A stretch of 64,000 nt of DNA from Kiritimatiellia bacterium (GTDB lineage: Bacteria > Verrucomicrobiota > Kiritimatiellia > RFP12 > UBA1067). Shown one piece after another: positions 42,183-57,713 of the stretch (positions are counted from its first letter, which is position 1; each line of letters starts with the position of its first letter). The notes under the pieces were generated by a model. That model had not been told where the DNA came from, made no database searches, and saw only the letters and a program-made list of their open reading frames with translations. The position numbers and the translations under genes were made by a program. The stretch lies in NCBI GenBank assembly GCA_050949565.1, contig JBMNFY010000017.1:1504001-1568000 (forward strand), written 5' to 3'.

Positions 42183-42226
42183 GCATCGCCAGACATCGTT
42201 TCATGTCGTCCGCTTGCATCGTCAGA

Positions 42227-43171
42227 TTAACCGCACGCACAGGCTAGTTGTTGGGTGATATACCTCTCCCGTTCTTCCAAGAGCATCAACTGTTCCTGCT
42301 TCGGTTCGAGTCCGTGATTGTGCGTCTGGAGGTTCGCCGGAAAATTGAATATCAGTGCCTCAACCACTGATCTGCGGTTTTCAATCTTGCCACCGGAGTG
42401 ATAGAAATGATCTCTGGTCACCACATTGAACTTTCCCCACAATTTATCGATGAATGGATTGGCTCTGTAGTCATTATGGTGCCACGTGGACATGATAAAC
42501 CGAGCAGGGGTTACCGAAAGTAGCTCATACAACTGGTATTCGTCGGCTTCCGTCCACCCGCTGTAATAGTCAACATACCTTCCTATATATGGGGGGTCGC
42601 AATAAATAATATCATCCGCTGTTGCCTCCGTAATGATCTCCTCGAATGAAGCTACGCGAAATACCCAGTCAGGCTTCATCAGGCACGCAACATTGCGAAC
42701 CTGATTCACTATCTTGGTGATATATGCTGGAGCAAATCGCTCCGGTTTTTGGCAAAAGGGAATATTCCATTCTCCCTTGCGGTTGAAACGCATCATCCCA
42801 TTAAAACCTGCTCGTGACAAAAATAGAAAGTCCAGAGGGTCAAACTGCTTGTTGAAACGATCTCTGACCACTCGGAAATGCGCATACCCCTGCTCTGCCG
42901 CGCTCTCCAATAGCTTCCCTTCCCGCTCCAAAAACACCCGTACGGATGTTGGCGTAATGCGCCCATTACTGACTGCCTGGTAAAAGCCGATTATATGGGG
43001 GTTGATGTCGCCGAGCAACGCTCGGCGGAATCCAGAGTTAAATGCTACAACACCTGTTCCGAGAAAGGGCTCAATCCAACGGCCTTTTACTGCGGGGACG
43101 AGAGCCTGAATCCAAGGAACGAGCTTTGTCTTGATCCCCTGACTTTTGATTGGTGGAACTAAAATTCGCAT
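42227..43171 (-). CDS. Dam-family N6-adenine DNA methyltransferase, M.EcoRV-like
   Basis: VPPIKSQGIKTKLVP, EPFLGTG, FNGMMRFN, YCDPPYIGR, STWHHNDYR follow M.EcoRV as I recall it. Confidence 0.92.
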   Translation of the reverse strand: MRILVPPIKSQGIKTKLVPWIQALVPAVKGRWIEPFLGTGVVAFNSGFRRALLGDINPHIIGFYQAVSNGRITPTSVRVFLEREGKLLESAAEQGYAHFRVVRDRFNKQFDPLDFLFLSRAGFNGMMRFNRKGEWNIPFCQKPERFAPAYITKIVNQVRNVACLMKPDWVFRVASFEEIITEATADDIIYCDPPYIGRYVDYYSGWTEADEYQLYELLSVTPARFIMSTWHHNDYRANPFIDKLWGKFNVVTRDHFYHSGGKIENRRSVVEALIFNFPANLQTHNHGLEPKQEQLMLLEERERYITQQLACACG

Positions 43172-44096
43172 CCGGCCTCTCCTTTCCTGTTCTTTTCTTT
43201 GTCTTGATCTCGACGATCTTGGATTTGTCTCCCTTTTTAAACTCCAGAAAATCTGAAATTGACTTGATGGGGACTGCTTTCCTTTTTTTGATCATCGTAG
43301 TAACACCATAATTCATCCAATATTCATCGAACCATTCCTCTCCCAACTTGGAAAAAACGCCGTTACCCGCGAGAATATCATCGATGTACGTAATAGAGCC
43401 TATATTGGCAGTGTTGCCGGAACCCTGTTTATCACTGGCCAGCTTCCATTTTTCGCAAGCAAAAAATTTGAAGTCCTTTACGACAGAGGCGATGGAACGG
43501 AGGTTGTCGACCGCCGTAACCTTATACTTTGCCCCTGTTTTGTTTTCCTCATCTGCCAACTCTCTTACCCGGATGATTTCCGTCTCGTCAATATCCTTTG
43601 CTTCTGCTCGGGTGTAGATGATACCAAGGCAGAAATGGCCAGAATATTGAGCATACGGAAATTGAATGTTTTTTGTTGACGTGCGCTCCCTGAAATAAGC
43701 GCCATGGCTACCAAGCGTGAACCCGTTAACATGACCCGGGAAGTTAGGATCCCGATACGTTGTTTTTAAATCAACGGCAAACTTGACTGTTTGATCGTCG
43801 TTTTTGACGAAACTGAAATCTGGATACCAATTCTGGCATTCTGCAAGAACAATCGAGTAACCATTATTCCGGGCAAACTGGAGAATACGGGGAAAAAGAT
43901 GGATTTCAAGAACCTTGGAAATGATTTTTGTGTCAGAACTGATTGTATAGATGTTTTTGAATATGTCTATAAACCCTTTGACAGTCCATTGCCCGTCCTC
44001 GCTGGCAACATAACTTCCTAACTCTTTGACGAAGTCAGAAAGTGCTTTCGCGAACGCCTCCTTATCGGCGGGGCATGTTTTCTTGTTTGCCATCAT
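43071..44096 (-). CDS. EcoRV-family type II restriction endonuclease
   Basis: SDTKII, QNWYPDF, AVDLKTTY (PD..DxK), FTLG, GSGNTANIGS recognition loop. Confidence 0.88.
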   Translation of the reverse strand: MMANKKTCPADKEAFAKALSDFVKELGSYVASEDGQWTVKGFIDIFKNIYTISSDTKIISKVLEIHLFPRILQFARNNGYSIVLAECQNWYPDFSFVKNDDQTVKFAVDLKTTYRDPNFPGHVNGFTLGSHGAYFRERTSTKNIQFPYAQYSGHFCLGIIYTRAEAKDIDETEIIRVRELADEENKTGAKYKVTAVDNLRSIASVVKDFKFFACEKWKLASDKQGSGNTANIGSITYIDDILAGNGVFSKLGEEWFDEYWMNYGVTTMIKKRKAVPIKSISDFLEFKKGDKSKIVEIKTKKRTGKERPDANFSSTNQKSGDQDKARSLDSGSRPRSKRPLD

Positions 44097-44297
44097 TTTT
44101 CCCTATCCTGAGGTCTTGACGCGCTAACGCGCTGAGCGTTACGTGGCTACGACCGCGGCCTCATCCACATCGTCTCTTCCTACGTTCAACTTCCAATTCC
44201 CGGCCCCCAAGTATAGCCCATCGGAACTTGGAATTCACTCGCAATTTCCTCCCACTTGAATGTTAGTGGTTGGGAGTTGAACGTTGGAGCGCTTTTC

Positions 44298-46308
44298 TCA
44301 CCCGATGATTTTGCCGCCTTTTTTTGTAACTCCTTCCAGTTGATCCAGCACCTCCATCAAGCAGCGCTTCCTACGGTTTTTCGCCCGCAGTTCGGCGATC
44401 AGCGCGGTCCATTCAGGCTCCCGACCCAAACGGACGTACACCGCCTTCATTTTTTCGAGATAGCCTTCCGCGACCTCATAAGCCGCCGGATTGACTTGCG
44501 CAATCGCTCCCTCCGCCAGTCGTCGCCAAATGTCCAGAGCGGCGTCGGGGTGCGTCTCCTGCACCGCCTGCGCCACGGACGTTTCCAGTCCGCCACAATA
44601 GCTGTATCCCGGGCCGAAAACACCTCTGGGGGCGCGCGCCAGCCACGCCAGCGCGTCGTCATGGCGCTTTTCATGGAGCGCGATCTCAATCAACACATGA
44701 CTATCGGGGAAAATCGAGTACCTCTTTCTGCTTTTTACAGTATCCACCCCCGTGTCGGGCAGGGGCCATTGCGGTTTTTGTTCTCGGAACTGCGGGTGCG
44801 GCGCTTTTGCGTCCGCGCGCGCCTCTGGCCTTTGGGGGATCGGGCGGACGATCCGGTCGTATCCCTGTCTCCAGCCAGCGCAACACGCCGGCGCGCACCG
44901 TCTCCCAGAAACCGAGCGGCGCGGTTGCCTTTTCAAGGTCTTTGTACGCCGCCAAACTCGGAGCGTCAAAAAACTCGGCCGCGCAGAATGCCGCGACAAG
45001 CGGGCGGTCTTTTTTTTGCCGCGCACGTTCGTGAAGCCGCTGCCTCAGCTCTTGCGCAATGCCCGGCCACTTTTCCAGAGTTGCCGCGATTCCTTGGCGA
45101 CACCACATTTCGGCCTCGTCGTGCAAGCCCAGCGACGAGAGATGATCGACCAACTGGGTGTAGCACTGCGTGAACGCCACCTCGCGCCGCAGCAGGTCAG
45201 TTATTTCGTCTGTGCGGTCAGCCCGCGCCAGCGCGTTGTACGCAGCGTTCATGATCTGCCTTCGCTCATGCTGTGCGGAATACGAGTCGGCGTCTGCTTT
45301 TGAACCGGGCTTGCCTTGCGGCACCGGAGGCACCTGCTTCAGCAGGTTATCCGCCACTTCCGACCAGACGGCAGCCGGAAAGGTCTCGTCATCCTGCCAC
45401 AGGCTCGGCAGTCCGTCGAAAACGCCGTAGTCATCCTGCAACAGCGCACGTTGTTCCCACAGCAACTTGTCCGCATCCGACATCGACGACCGCGCCAGTG
45501 CGCGGAACACGATATCCATGCAGCTTGCCACCTCCTGCCCCGTCTCGCCCTCGTCGTCGGACTCGCTGATCTGACTCAATCCGGCGGCGGCGAGTTCTTC
45601 GCCCAGCGCAACGACCTCGTCGGCATGGCCGGCCTTGAGCAGCGCCTCCAAGCGCTCGCGCACAGGCGTATAGTCCGGGGTGTATGATTCGTGCGACCAG
45701 TGCCGGCTCCAGCCAGGCTCGGCCGAGGCCTTCTTAATGGCACGGCGGGCCGATTTCACGAGCCCCGCCACATCCGCGACCGCCACTTCCGCCTGATCCG
45801 TCAATCGCTTCCTCAGCGCAGGAAACGCGACCATCGCATCTTTGATAAGGCTCAGCAACTCGTCCTTGGACAGTCGCCTCAGATAGACATCCACCACGTC
45901 TTTTTTCTCTGCCCGTCGTGGCGGAGGCGCGACCTCATCCACATCGTCGTCATCCTCAAAGTCGTCAAAGTCCGCAAGCTCTTCCAGGCGCTCGTCATCG
46001 GCTTCTGCGACGGGTACGCTTTTCCTCGCTTTCACCGCCTCAAGATAGACCAATATCGTAGCGACCGCGTGCTTACATGCTGTACCATAGGGACAGGTGC
46101 AGACCGAGTCCGGTTTGCCCTTCTGCGGCAGGCTGACGACGGTCGCGTACTGCTCACTACCGTTGACCCAGGCAAGCAACCGACCATCCGCCGTCACACA
46201 CAGATCCTCGACATTCCCGCGATACGACTTCCCTCGCGCGACCACCCGCGATCCGGCCCAGGCGTTCAGATCCTCCCAGGTGAGATCCTCAAATTTGATG
46301 TCTGACAT
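44298..46308 (-). CDS. SWIM zinc-finger protein with helical C-terminal region; frameshift near 44770
   Basis: ARGKSY, CTCPYGTACKH; plausible C-terminus WPLPDTG..AYEVA..ELRAKNRRKR continues in the 44298..45026 frame. Confidence 0.75.
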
Positions 46309-46407
46309 AACCTTCTCGGCCAAGTTGCAGTTGATTTCGATGCCGATCCCGATAGCGATAGCGATCCCGAAAAAACTCCTAAATCCTAACTCCTAAATTC
46401 TCCCTGC

Positions 46408-49835
<3,428 letters not shown>

Positions 49836-49841
49836 TACACA

Positions 49842-51101
49842 TTACCTGCGGTCGATCAGTGCCTTCATCTCCGGCGTGATCTCGAGAATTTCAAAGTCCT
49901 TGAACCACATCTCGACGTTGGCGCTGCCGTGAAGCTGCAAGCCCACCTTGCCGCTCTTTTCGCAGAGCGGGTCGATGATGTCGATGGTGCGCTGGCCGTT
50001 TAAAATCTCGACGATGCGGTCACCATAAGCCACCGTGCAGGTGGTGTTCCACCCCTCTTTATTACGGACTTTGAGGATAAATTCATCGTTCTGCGCGACC
50101 CAGCCGCGTCCCGGTGTCTTGTCGCCGGCCGTATGCCACAGCGCTGAATCCTTGGCACCGCCCGCGATTTCATTCTGGAAGCCCTTAAGCAGCCACGGCG
50201 TATTGACCTCTTCCGCGCGGAAATAAAGTGCGCTGTTGCCGCCGAAGAGCTGGTAGCTCACCCGCACGATGAAATCGCTGTACACTTTGTCCGAAACCAC
50301 CAGCCCGTCGCGCTTCTCGTTCGCGCGGTGCTTGCCGACCAGCACGCCGTCATCGCGGAACGACCAGTCGTCCGGCAGCACAAAGCGCGCGTGCTGCAAC
50401 TTGTACGCGCCATCCGCGCCCTTGGCGAAGAACGGCGTCCACTGGCTGGTGCCCAGTTCTTTGATGCGGATATTGCGCCAGCGCGCGCAGACCTTGCCGT
50501 CAGGCTCCTTGACCGCGTGTACTTGCAGACCGATGAAGCCGGAGAAGCTTTCGCTGTCGAAGAAATTCACAACCGGCACGCCATTCAGCCAGGTGCGGAT
50601 CGACGGCCCGACGCACTGGATCTCAAGGTTGTTCCAGTCGCCCCGCTTGTAGGCGGCGGCCGAACGCGCGATCACGTCGGGCTCGGTGTTGTCCAGCCAG
50701 GTGCGCCCGAACTTGAAGCCGCGCCGGCCTTCATCGTAGATGCGCGCGGTCACATTGGGATCGCCCGCGATTTCGGCCTGATAGCCGAAGACCGACTCCG
50801 TTTTGTCTGCATGCTGACGCGCGGCGGAACGGAACTGCACACCCGAGTTGCCGCTTTCCAGCTTAAACTCAAGCCGCAGGATAAAATCGCCGTACGACCG
50901 TTTCGTGCAGAGGAAGGTGTTGCGGCCCGCATCATTGACCCGCCCGGCGATCGTGCCATCCTCCACCGCATAGGTGGATTGTCCGCCGCGACGCTCCCAG
51001 CCCTCCAGCGTCTTGCCGTCGAACAGCGATACAAAACCCTCTTCCGCGCCCAGTGCAACCATGCCTGCCAGCGCCAATCCTCCAGCTATCCATGCTTTCA
51101 T
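49842..51101 (-). CDS. Tandem DUF1080 (3-keto-disaccharide hydrolase) protein
   Basis: LFDGKTLEGW, NSGVQFRS, GYQAEI, IGLQVH; second domain NSALYFR, VGLQLH. Confidence 0.88.
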   Translation of the reverse strand: MKAWIAGGLALAGMVALGAEEGFVSLFDGKTLEGWERRGGQSTYAVEDGTIAGRVNDAGRNTFLCTKRSYGDFILRLEFKLESGNSGVQFRSAARQHADKTESVFGYQAEIAGDPNVTARIYDEGRRGFKFGRTWLDNTEPDVIARSAAAYKRGDWNNLEIQCVGPSIRTWLNGVPVVNFFDSESFSGFIGLQVHAVKEPDGKVCARWRNIRIKELGTSQWTPFFAKGADGAYKLQHARFVLPDDWSFRDDGVLVGKHRANEKRDGLVVSDKVYSDFIVRVSYQLFGGNSALYFRAEEVNTPWLLKGFQNEIAGGAKDSALWHTAGDKTPGRGWVAQNDEFILKVRNKEGWNTTCTVAYGDRIVEILNGQRTIDIIDPLCEKSGKVGLQLHGSANVEMWFKDFEILEITPEMKALIDRR

Positions 51102-51149
51102 CTGATCTCCTCCGTCTCTTTAGTACCTTACCGGTCGATAAGACCGATA

Positions 51150-51246
51150 CAAAACAAGTTGTTTCTCACACAAAGACACGAAGGGCACTAAGGGGAATAG
51201 GTTGTCGTGAAAAAACCTTTGTGTCCTTTGAGCCTTTGTGTGAGAT
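51150..51246. repeat. ~95-bp palindromic element (family D), second copy
   Basis: Similar to 33405-33500. Confidence 0.8.
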
Positions 51247-51278
51247 CGAATTGAGTTGCGGGCTCCGCCCGCATTGGT

Positions 51279-52649
51279 TCATACCCGCAGTTTGAAGCCG
51301 TCACGCTGCGCGGAGGCGAGCCAACGATTGGCCTCCGCATGATTCGTGAAGCGCGCGCGGCGTGCGTCCCACTTCAGTTCCGTGCCTGGGAAGCGCAGCG
51401 CAATGCACCCCAGCAGCAACACCTGCGTCATGGGTGCCGAATACTCGAAGTTGCTGCCCGGCTTCTTCAGGTCGCCAGCCTTGCACGCCTCGACCCATTG
51501 TCCGTAGTGGTTGCAACCCTGCGTTTTCTTCAGCTCCTCGCGCCAGACGCGCTCGGCGTCTTTGACCGCCGGGCTGTAAGCCTCCTTGCCCAGCGCGATC
51601 GGCATCGGCGGCGACGCATGGGACCCGCCCATAGCCGTCATCTTCGAACCGACAATCAGGCAGCCGTTGGTGCCCAGCTTGATCTGCGGATGGGCGTTCT
51701 CGGGGCGCTCCGGCAGCTTTTTGCCGTCGTACCAAACGACCTTGATGCCCTTGGGACAAACCGGCGTGGCCGGGAAGGTCAACTCAATGATCGACCACTC
51801 AGGATACGCGATACCGGCCGGAGTCGAGGCTTCGGCCTTGATCGATGTCGGCATGCCGAGCTGCAGAATCCAGAAGGCCGGGTCCATGTTGTGGCAGGCC
51901 ATGTCGCCGATAGCACCACAACCGAAATCCCACCAGCCGCGCCACTTGAAGGGCGCGTACGCGCCGGAGAAGGGCCGCATCTCCGCCGGACCGATCCAGC
52001 ACTCCCAGTCAAATCCTTCCGGCGTCTGCTCGGGCGCGGGCGGTTGTGTCATGCCCTGCGGCCAGATCGGGCGGTCCGACCATGTATGCACCTGTTCGAT
52101 CTCGCCGAACGCGCCCGCATCCATCATCTTCTTCCAAAGAATCAGCCCAGCGCCCGCATGGCCTTGGTTGCCCATCTGCGTGACAACCTTGTATTTGCGT
52201 GCGGCATCGAGCAGCAACTGGCACTCTTCATAGGTGCGCGCCAGCGGCTTCTGGACATAGACGTGCTTGCCGCGCCGCATGGCGTCCAGCGCGATGCAGG
52301 CGTGCGTGTGGTCCGGCGTCGAGATGACCACACCGTCGATCTCTTTTTCCAGTCGGTCGAGCATCTTGCGGTAGTCGGTGAATTTCGGCACGTCGGGATA
52401 TTTCTTATAGGCGCCTTCCGCCCGTTTGGGATCGGTATCGCACAGGCCAACCACGATGCCGCCCGCGCCCGTTGTGCTATTGAGGTCGCCACCGCCCATG
52501 CCGCCGCAACCGACTTTGGCAAAACGGAACTGGCCGCTCGGCGGTGCGGAGACCGCTTGACCAAGCACGCGTGAGGCCGGTATCATAAATCCGGCGGCCG
52601 CACTGGCGCTGAGAAAATGACGACGTGAAACACGATGCTGACGGTTCAT
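51279..52649 (-). CDS. Tat-exported Gfo/Idh/MocA oxidoreductase
   Basis: SRRHFL, GCGGMG, STPDHTH, VYVQKPL, WRGWWDFGCGAIGDMACH. Confidence 0.92.
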   Translation of the reverse strand: MNRQHRVSRRHFLSASAAAGFMIPASRVLGQAVSAPPSGQFRFAKVGCGGMGGGDLNSTTGAGGIVVGLCDTDPKRAEGAYKKYPDVPKFTDYRKMLDRLEKEIDGVVISTPDHTHACIALDAMRRGKHVYVQKPLARTYEECQLLLDAARKYKVVTQMGNQGHAGAGLILWKKMMDAGAFGEIEQVHTWSDRPIWPQGMTQPPAPEQTPEGFDWECWIGPAEMRPFSGAYAPFKWRGWWDFGCGAIGDMACHNMDPAFWILQLGMPTSIKAEASTPAGIAYPEWSIIELTFPATPVCPKGIKVVWYDGKKLPERPENAHPQIKLGTNGCLIVGSKMTAMGGSHASPPMPIALGKEAYSPAVKDAERVWREELKKTQGCNHYGQWVEACKAGDLKKPGSNFEYSAPMTQVLLLGCIALRFPGTELKWDARRARFTNHAEANRWLASAQRDGFKLRV

Positions 52650-52674
52650 ACCCTGTGTCCTTCCTTATCTGTTA

Positions 52675-52758
52675 GAGGCTCTTGCAAAACCCCTCGTGGC
52701 ATGGGCGTCCCGCCCATGAACACGGGCAAGATGCCCGTGCCACATCTGCAAGAGCCTC
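52675..52758. mobile_element. MITE family A
   Basis: GAGGCTCTTGCA...TGCAAGAGCCTC; flanks CTGTTA / ATGTTA. Confidence 0.85.
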
Positions 52759-53377
52759 ATGTTAGTCTGTTTCCGTTTCCAATGATTTCGACAATCTCGG
52801 CCCACGAAGCCGAGCGCCGCATGTTTGCCGTCGGCGCGTAGCGGCTGTTCCATGGACGATCATAGATGATCACCAAACAGTCACGACGCGGGACGAGTAA
52901 ATCCAGTGCAGTCGGCGAATCTTCAATCGCCACATCAAAATGTTGCGCCGCAAAGGCGTCGAGATCCAGCGTTTGCGGCTCCGTGTCAGCGGTGCGATGC
53001 CTGTCGGCACGACCGTACTTATCGACATGCAGCAACCCCAGATGCGACAGCTCGTATTTGCGCAGCCAGTCGCGTGATCCTCGGTGACTGGCTGCCGGAC
53101 GCCCCGTGACAACCACCAGTTCACAGCCGCGCGACTCCAGCGCGCGCACGCCCTCTAGGCTACCGGGCGCAGGCGTCAGGTCTGCGAGAAAATCATCGCG
53201 GTGAGCGTGCTCCATCAACGCCGCGATCTCCGCATCCGACAATGAAAACGCATGCTGCAGGTTAAAACTGGAAATGGCCTCATACGGCACCTGCCGACCG
53301 AACAGCTCACGTGCCAAATCTGACATGTGCCGTGCGGTCTCGCACAGCACGTCATCAAAATCAATGTAAACCCGCAT
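52757..53377 (-). CDS. HAD-family 5'(3')-deoxyribonucleotidase-like protein
   Basis: YIDFDDVL, VTGR, IEDS, DRPWN. Confidence 0.8.
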   Translation of the reverse strand: MRVYIDFDDVLCETARHMSDLARELFGRQVPYEAISSFNLQHAFSLSDAEIAALMEHAHRDDFLADLTPAPGSLEGVRALESRGCELVVVTGRPAASHRGSRDWLRKYELSHLGLLHVDKYGRADRHRTADTEPQTLDLDAFAAQHFDVAIEDSPTALDLLVPRRDCLVIIYDRPWNSRYAPTANMRRSASWAEIVEIIGNGNRLT

Positions 53378-53535
53378 GGAGATACAGTATCACAATCACG
53401 TTCCGGCGCAAAGCGTTTGGCATGGCGCGCGCGGGTTTTTTATCCACAGATTTGCACAGATTACGCTGGGCTTTACACCTGAACTCGCTTCTGACATAAT
53501 CCCCGTTGTTAAGCTTTTGTAAAGAGGAGCGGAGT

Positions 53536-56500
53536 ATGAGCGTACGCAGTAGTGGGTTTGCACAGGGAGTGATCGCGGCTTGCTTGGTGGGCATGGCCAT
53601 GAGTGTGCAAGCGGCGGAGTGGCCGGGCGGATCGTCCTTTACGATTCCGGCGGGGACGTCCGTAACGAATGCAACGGCCCAACCATCGATCAGTTGTTTC
53701 ACCAACAATGGCACGCTTACCTTTTTGCCCGGAGCGGAGGTGACGCTGACAGGTTCCGTGATAACCGCCATCGGCAGCGGCATGGACGCCTCCGGCGTTT
53801 TTGAGTGTCTGGGCGGAAAACTGGTGCACCAAGGGTCAGGATACTTCGTGGTCGGCCACGCGGGCGCCGTCGGCAGCATGACCATTGCGGCCGGAGCGGA
53901 GGTACGTATGCCACCCGGTCGTTTCTGCATCGCGCACAATGGCGGGGTGGCGTGAGCGACCGGCACGGGGCGACGTATCGGTGGCGGGGCTGCTCTCCGC
54001 AGATATTATCGAACTGACAGGGTATTTCCCGACAAACCTCGCGCCGCCTTATGTGCTCTCGGCGACGCTCGCGCTCGAAGAGGGCGGTGTAGTCGAAGCT
54101 GGATTGATCGGTAAGCACGATTGCGCACGCTCGGAGATTCGCTTCAACGGCGGTACCCTGCGGACACTGAAGGACACGACGTCGCTCTTTACCGGTCAAG
54201 GCATCGTGGACCTTGTCATCGCGGACAACACCGGCGCTGTTTTTGACACCAACGGCAAGACCGCCGTTATCACACCCGGCGTGTCGCCGGGGAGTGTCTG
54301 TCTGCGCGGCCAGACCAATGCGGCGGCGATAGGCAATGGCGGGCTGGTGAAAAAGGGAGAGGGCATGCTGGCGTTCCAACTGCCGCCTTCATGCAACACG
54401 TTTACCGGCGCGGTGACGGTTCTCGCGGGCGTGCTGGATTTGGGGCGTCCGCTGGCCGAGCACCAGACGGTGACGGTCTCGGAGGGCGCAAATTTCGTGG
54501 TGCGGGACGCCGCTGACCTTGCCAAAATCACCTACCTCGGACAAGGGGATGAGCGGATGACCTACACAGTCGCCGTCGACACCGACTCGCTGGACCTCAC
54601 CGCCGTGAATGATCGCTACCATGACGACCGCCTGGCCGGCCCGATTTCCGGGACGGCAACGCTCAGCAATGCCGTCACGCACGCGGCGGGCGACGCGGAC
54701 AATCCCTTCCGGCTGTTGGGACAGGGCAGCACGCTCAACCTGACCAACACGGGACTGGAGAGTGTGTTCCTGCAGATCGAAGGTAGCGGCACATTTAACT
54801 TTTTAGGCGACCGTATCTTCACCACCGCCGATGCCGGACGCCTGACCATCACCGATGGCGGCTACCGCCAAGATCGCGTGTTCACACTCGCCGATCCGAA
54901 TATCGACACGCCTGCCGTGCTGGCGTTGTCGAGCGGGCGATTTGTGGCTGCCACCAGCCTTGACGTGGGTGTGACCGGCTTCGCTCATTTTGCGGCGGAC
55001 GGGGCGGCGATTTCGGCCGGACGCATCAAGATAGGCGGCGGCACGGGATATGCCGGCACTTTTTCGCAGTCGGGCGGTACTGTGACGCTGAACACCGAAT
55101 CGTATGTGGGCGCGGACGGCAGTACCGGCACGCTGCTGGTCACAGGCGGGCAGTTCATCGTCAACAGCAACCTGCGCATCGCCAGCAATCCAAGCGTCAA
55201 CACGGGTCTGCGGCCACAGGCCAGCGTCACGGTCAGTAATGCGCTGCTGCGCTGTAACGAGTTCCGCTTCAACTCATGGTGGCCGTTGGACGGCAGTGTC
55301 CGCACTGTAGAATCGGGTGTGCTGACGCTGCAAGAGGGGGGCGTGCTTGAAACGGCGTCGGTTTACAAAAATGACGACCCCATTGCAAGGGTGTTTTTTG
55401 AGGGGGGCCTCGTACGCGCACGTCAAAACCACTCGAAATTTTTCAATGCCGAGCAACCCTACGGCACGCTTGATGTCGTGGCCAGGTCCGGACACTCGAT
55501 CAACCTCGATACGCAGGGGTTCGATGTGACGATCCCGGATCCGCCCGGCACGATTATCTTCTCCGGCTCGGGCGGCTTGCGGAAGATGGGGACCGGCCGG
55601 TTGACCTTGGCAGCCGATCAGCTCAGCTATGCCGGTGATACCGAGGTCGTGGCGGGCGTGCTGCGCTTGGGCGAGCATCACCGGCTACCGCACGGCCCCG
55701 GCGCGGGACATATCCGCCTTGCGGCGGACGCGGTGCTGGACCTCAACGGCAAGGACGACATCGTGAACCGTTTAATCGGCAGGGGACGCGTGCTGAGCAC
55801 CAACGGCCCCGCCACGCTGGGCGTGCTGGCGGACGGCTCCGACGACACATGGGATCGTGCATGGTGCAGCGGAGCGGTCTCGATTGAGAAATACGGGACC
55901 GGCACGCTGACGCTCACTGCCCCGCAGGCGGTGCCGACAAATCTGACGGTCGCGGCGGGCACGGTCGTGCTCGCGCCCGCCCAAGGCTTTCCGTTCTACC
56001 GTTTCAAAGTTGAGGGCGTCAAAGATCCGGGCGTGGCCAACTCCATGCAGCTTTCCGAGATCGCGCTTTTCAATGAGGGGGTGGATGTCACGCCGAATCG
56101 GATCGGCATCGCCTATGACCCAACCGGCGGTACCGGCGGGAACCCCGAGATCAATGCATTCCCGGCTGGAGAAACACCGGAAAAGGCGGTCGACGGCATC
56201 GTGCCGCCCGATACGACCGTGAAGAGCAAGTGGCTGGATTTCCGCAGCAAGGCCTCCCGCAGCGCAGAAGACAAGGAGCGCGTCTGGCTGCGCATCGATT
56301 TCGCCTCGCCCCAGCCGATCACGCACTACAACTGGGCGACCGGCAATGACGCTGCAGATCGTGATCCTGCGGCATGGCGTCTGCAGGGCAGCCACGATGG
56401 CGAGACATGGGTCGATCTCGATGTGCAGAGCGGGTTCAACGCGACGAGCACACGGAATGCGTGGGTGTCACCCGACGGTTTTTCCGTAACCTCCGTTCAC

Positions 56501-57709
56501 ACAAACGATATCGTGAGCGATACGGGCGTGGTCACAGTGAAGGAGGGAGCCTCGCTGCTGCTTAACGGCGTCGCAGAGACCGTCGGTGCACTGGCGGGAC
56601 GTGGGACGGTTACGGTGAATGGTGCAAACCTGACAATCGCGACACCTGCTGAGTGTGCCGCATTTTTTGCGGGCGACATCGGCGGGACAGGAGGCCTGAT
56701 CAAAACCGGTGCCGGCACTCAGGCACTGATCGGTACCAACGCGTATACCGGTGCCACGATCGTGCAACAAGGAACGTTGCAGATCCAGAGCCTTGTGCCG
56801 TTCCGCTGGTTCCGTTTCACCCTGATGAAAAACAGGTCTAATCTTGATGTGACCCAGCTTTCTGAACTGGCCCTGTACGACGCCAGCGGGCAGCGCCAGA
56901 ACGTCGGGCTTGTGGCCGGCGCTTCTGTCGCTGCGCTTTTGCCCGGTCAGTTCGCCACGCCGCAGGAGTATTCGGTCGGATCACCGGGCGAAGTCGTTTT
57001 CAACCTGTTCGATCAATCGACCGCGACAAAATGGTGCCTCAACAAGAACGTACCTGCCGTCAACGATCCGGCGACGCACCGGATCGTGGTCATGCGGCTG
57101 CCGGAAAACGCTCCGGAAATCGTTTCTTACAACCTCTGCACAGCAAACGACGACCCCGGACGCGACCCCGTGACGTGGACGCTCGAGGGCAGCATGGACG
57201 GCAGTTCGTGGATCCTTGTCGACAACCGCGCGAACGTCATGCCGCCCAGCACTGGCGGTACCGGCACCGGTGATTACGTCGATAGAGGACGCTTCCTCTA
57301 CTACAACGACGGGGTGCCCTACGGTCTGACTGATCGCGCGGTGGGCGGCGGTGCCGGGGGCGACACCGATGCGATTCCTGCGGGCTCACCGCTTGAGATC
57401 CGCGAGGGCGCGACACTGGAGGTCATGTCGGATGAGAGCATCGACACCCTGCGGGTGGACATGCTGAGTGCAGGAACGCTGACGAAGCTGATCGCGGAAC
57501 CCAACGGCACGCTTTACATTGTGAATGCGGGCGGGCAGACGACAGGTCTGGTGCTCCCGCTCACGATCGGCAGTCTGGAGGGCCGCGCCAATCTCGGATC
57601 GTGGACCGTCTACATTGACGGCGTACGGCAGGACGGCGTCACGCTTAGCATAAATGCTGACGGACGTCTGACGCTGCATGCCAAAGGCATGCTGATGACC
57701 ATACGGTAG
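53536..57709 (+). CDS. Secreted autotransporter-associated beta-strand repeat protein with two discoidin/CBM-like inserts; frameshift near 53940
   Basis: GGAG then ATG 53536, signal peptide; GGLVKKGEG, GGLRKMGTG, GGLIKTGAG..NAYTGAT; 2x QLSE.AL..TxNDxxxRDP..WxLxGSxDG; ends AKGMLMTIR. Confidence 0.8.
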
Positions 57710-57713
57710 GAGG

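Noticed and set aside
42225-44145. Integron cassette interpretation of the RM pair (GTTAGCG upstream, ACCCAAC near the end)
   Set aside because: No convincing attC hairpin of normal length and no integrase
53417-53433. TGGCATGGCGCGCGC possible sigma54 promoter upstream of 53536
   Set aside because: Spacing fits but the -12 lacks TT; too weak in GC-rich DNA
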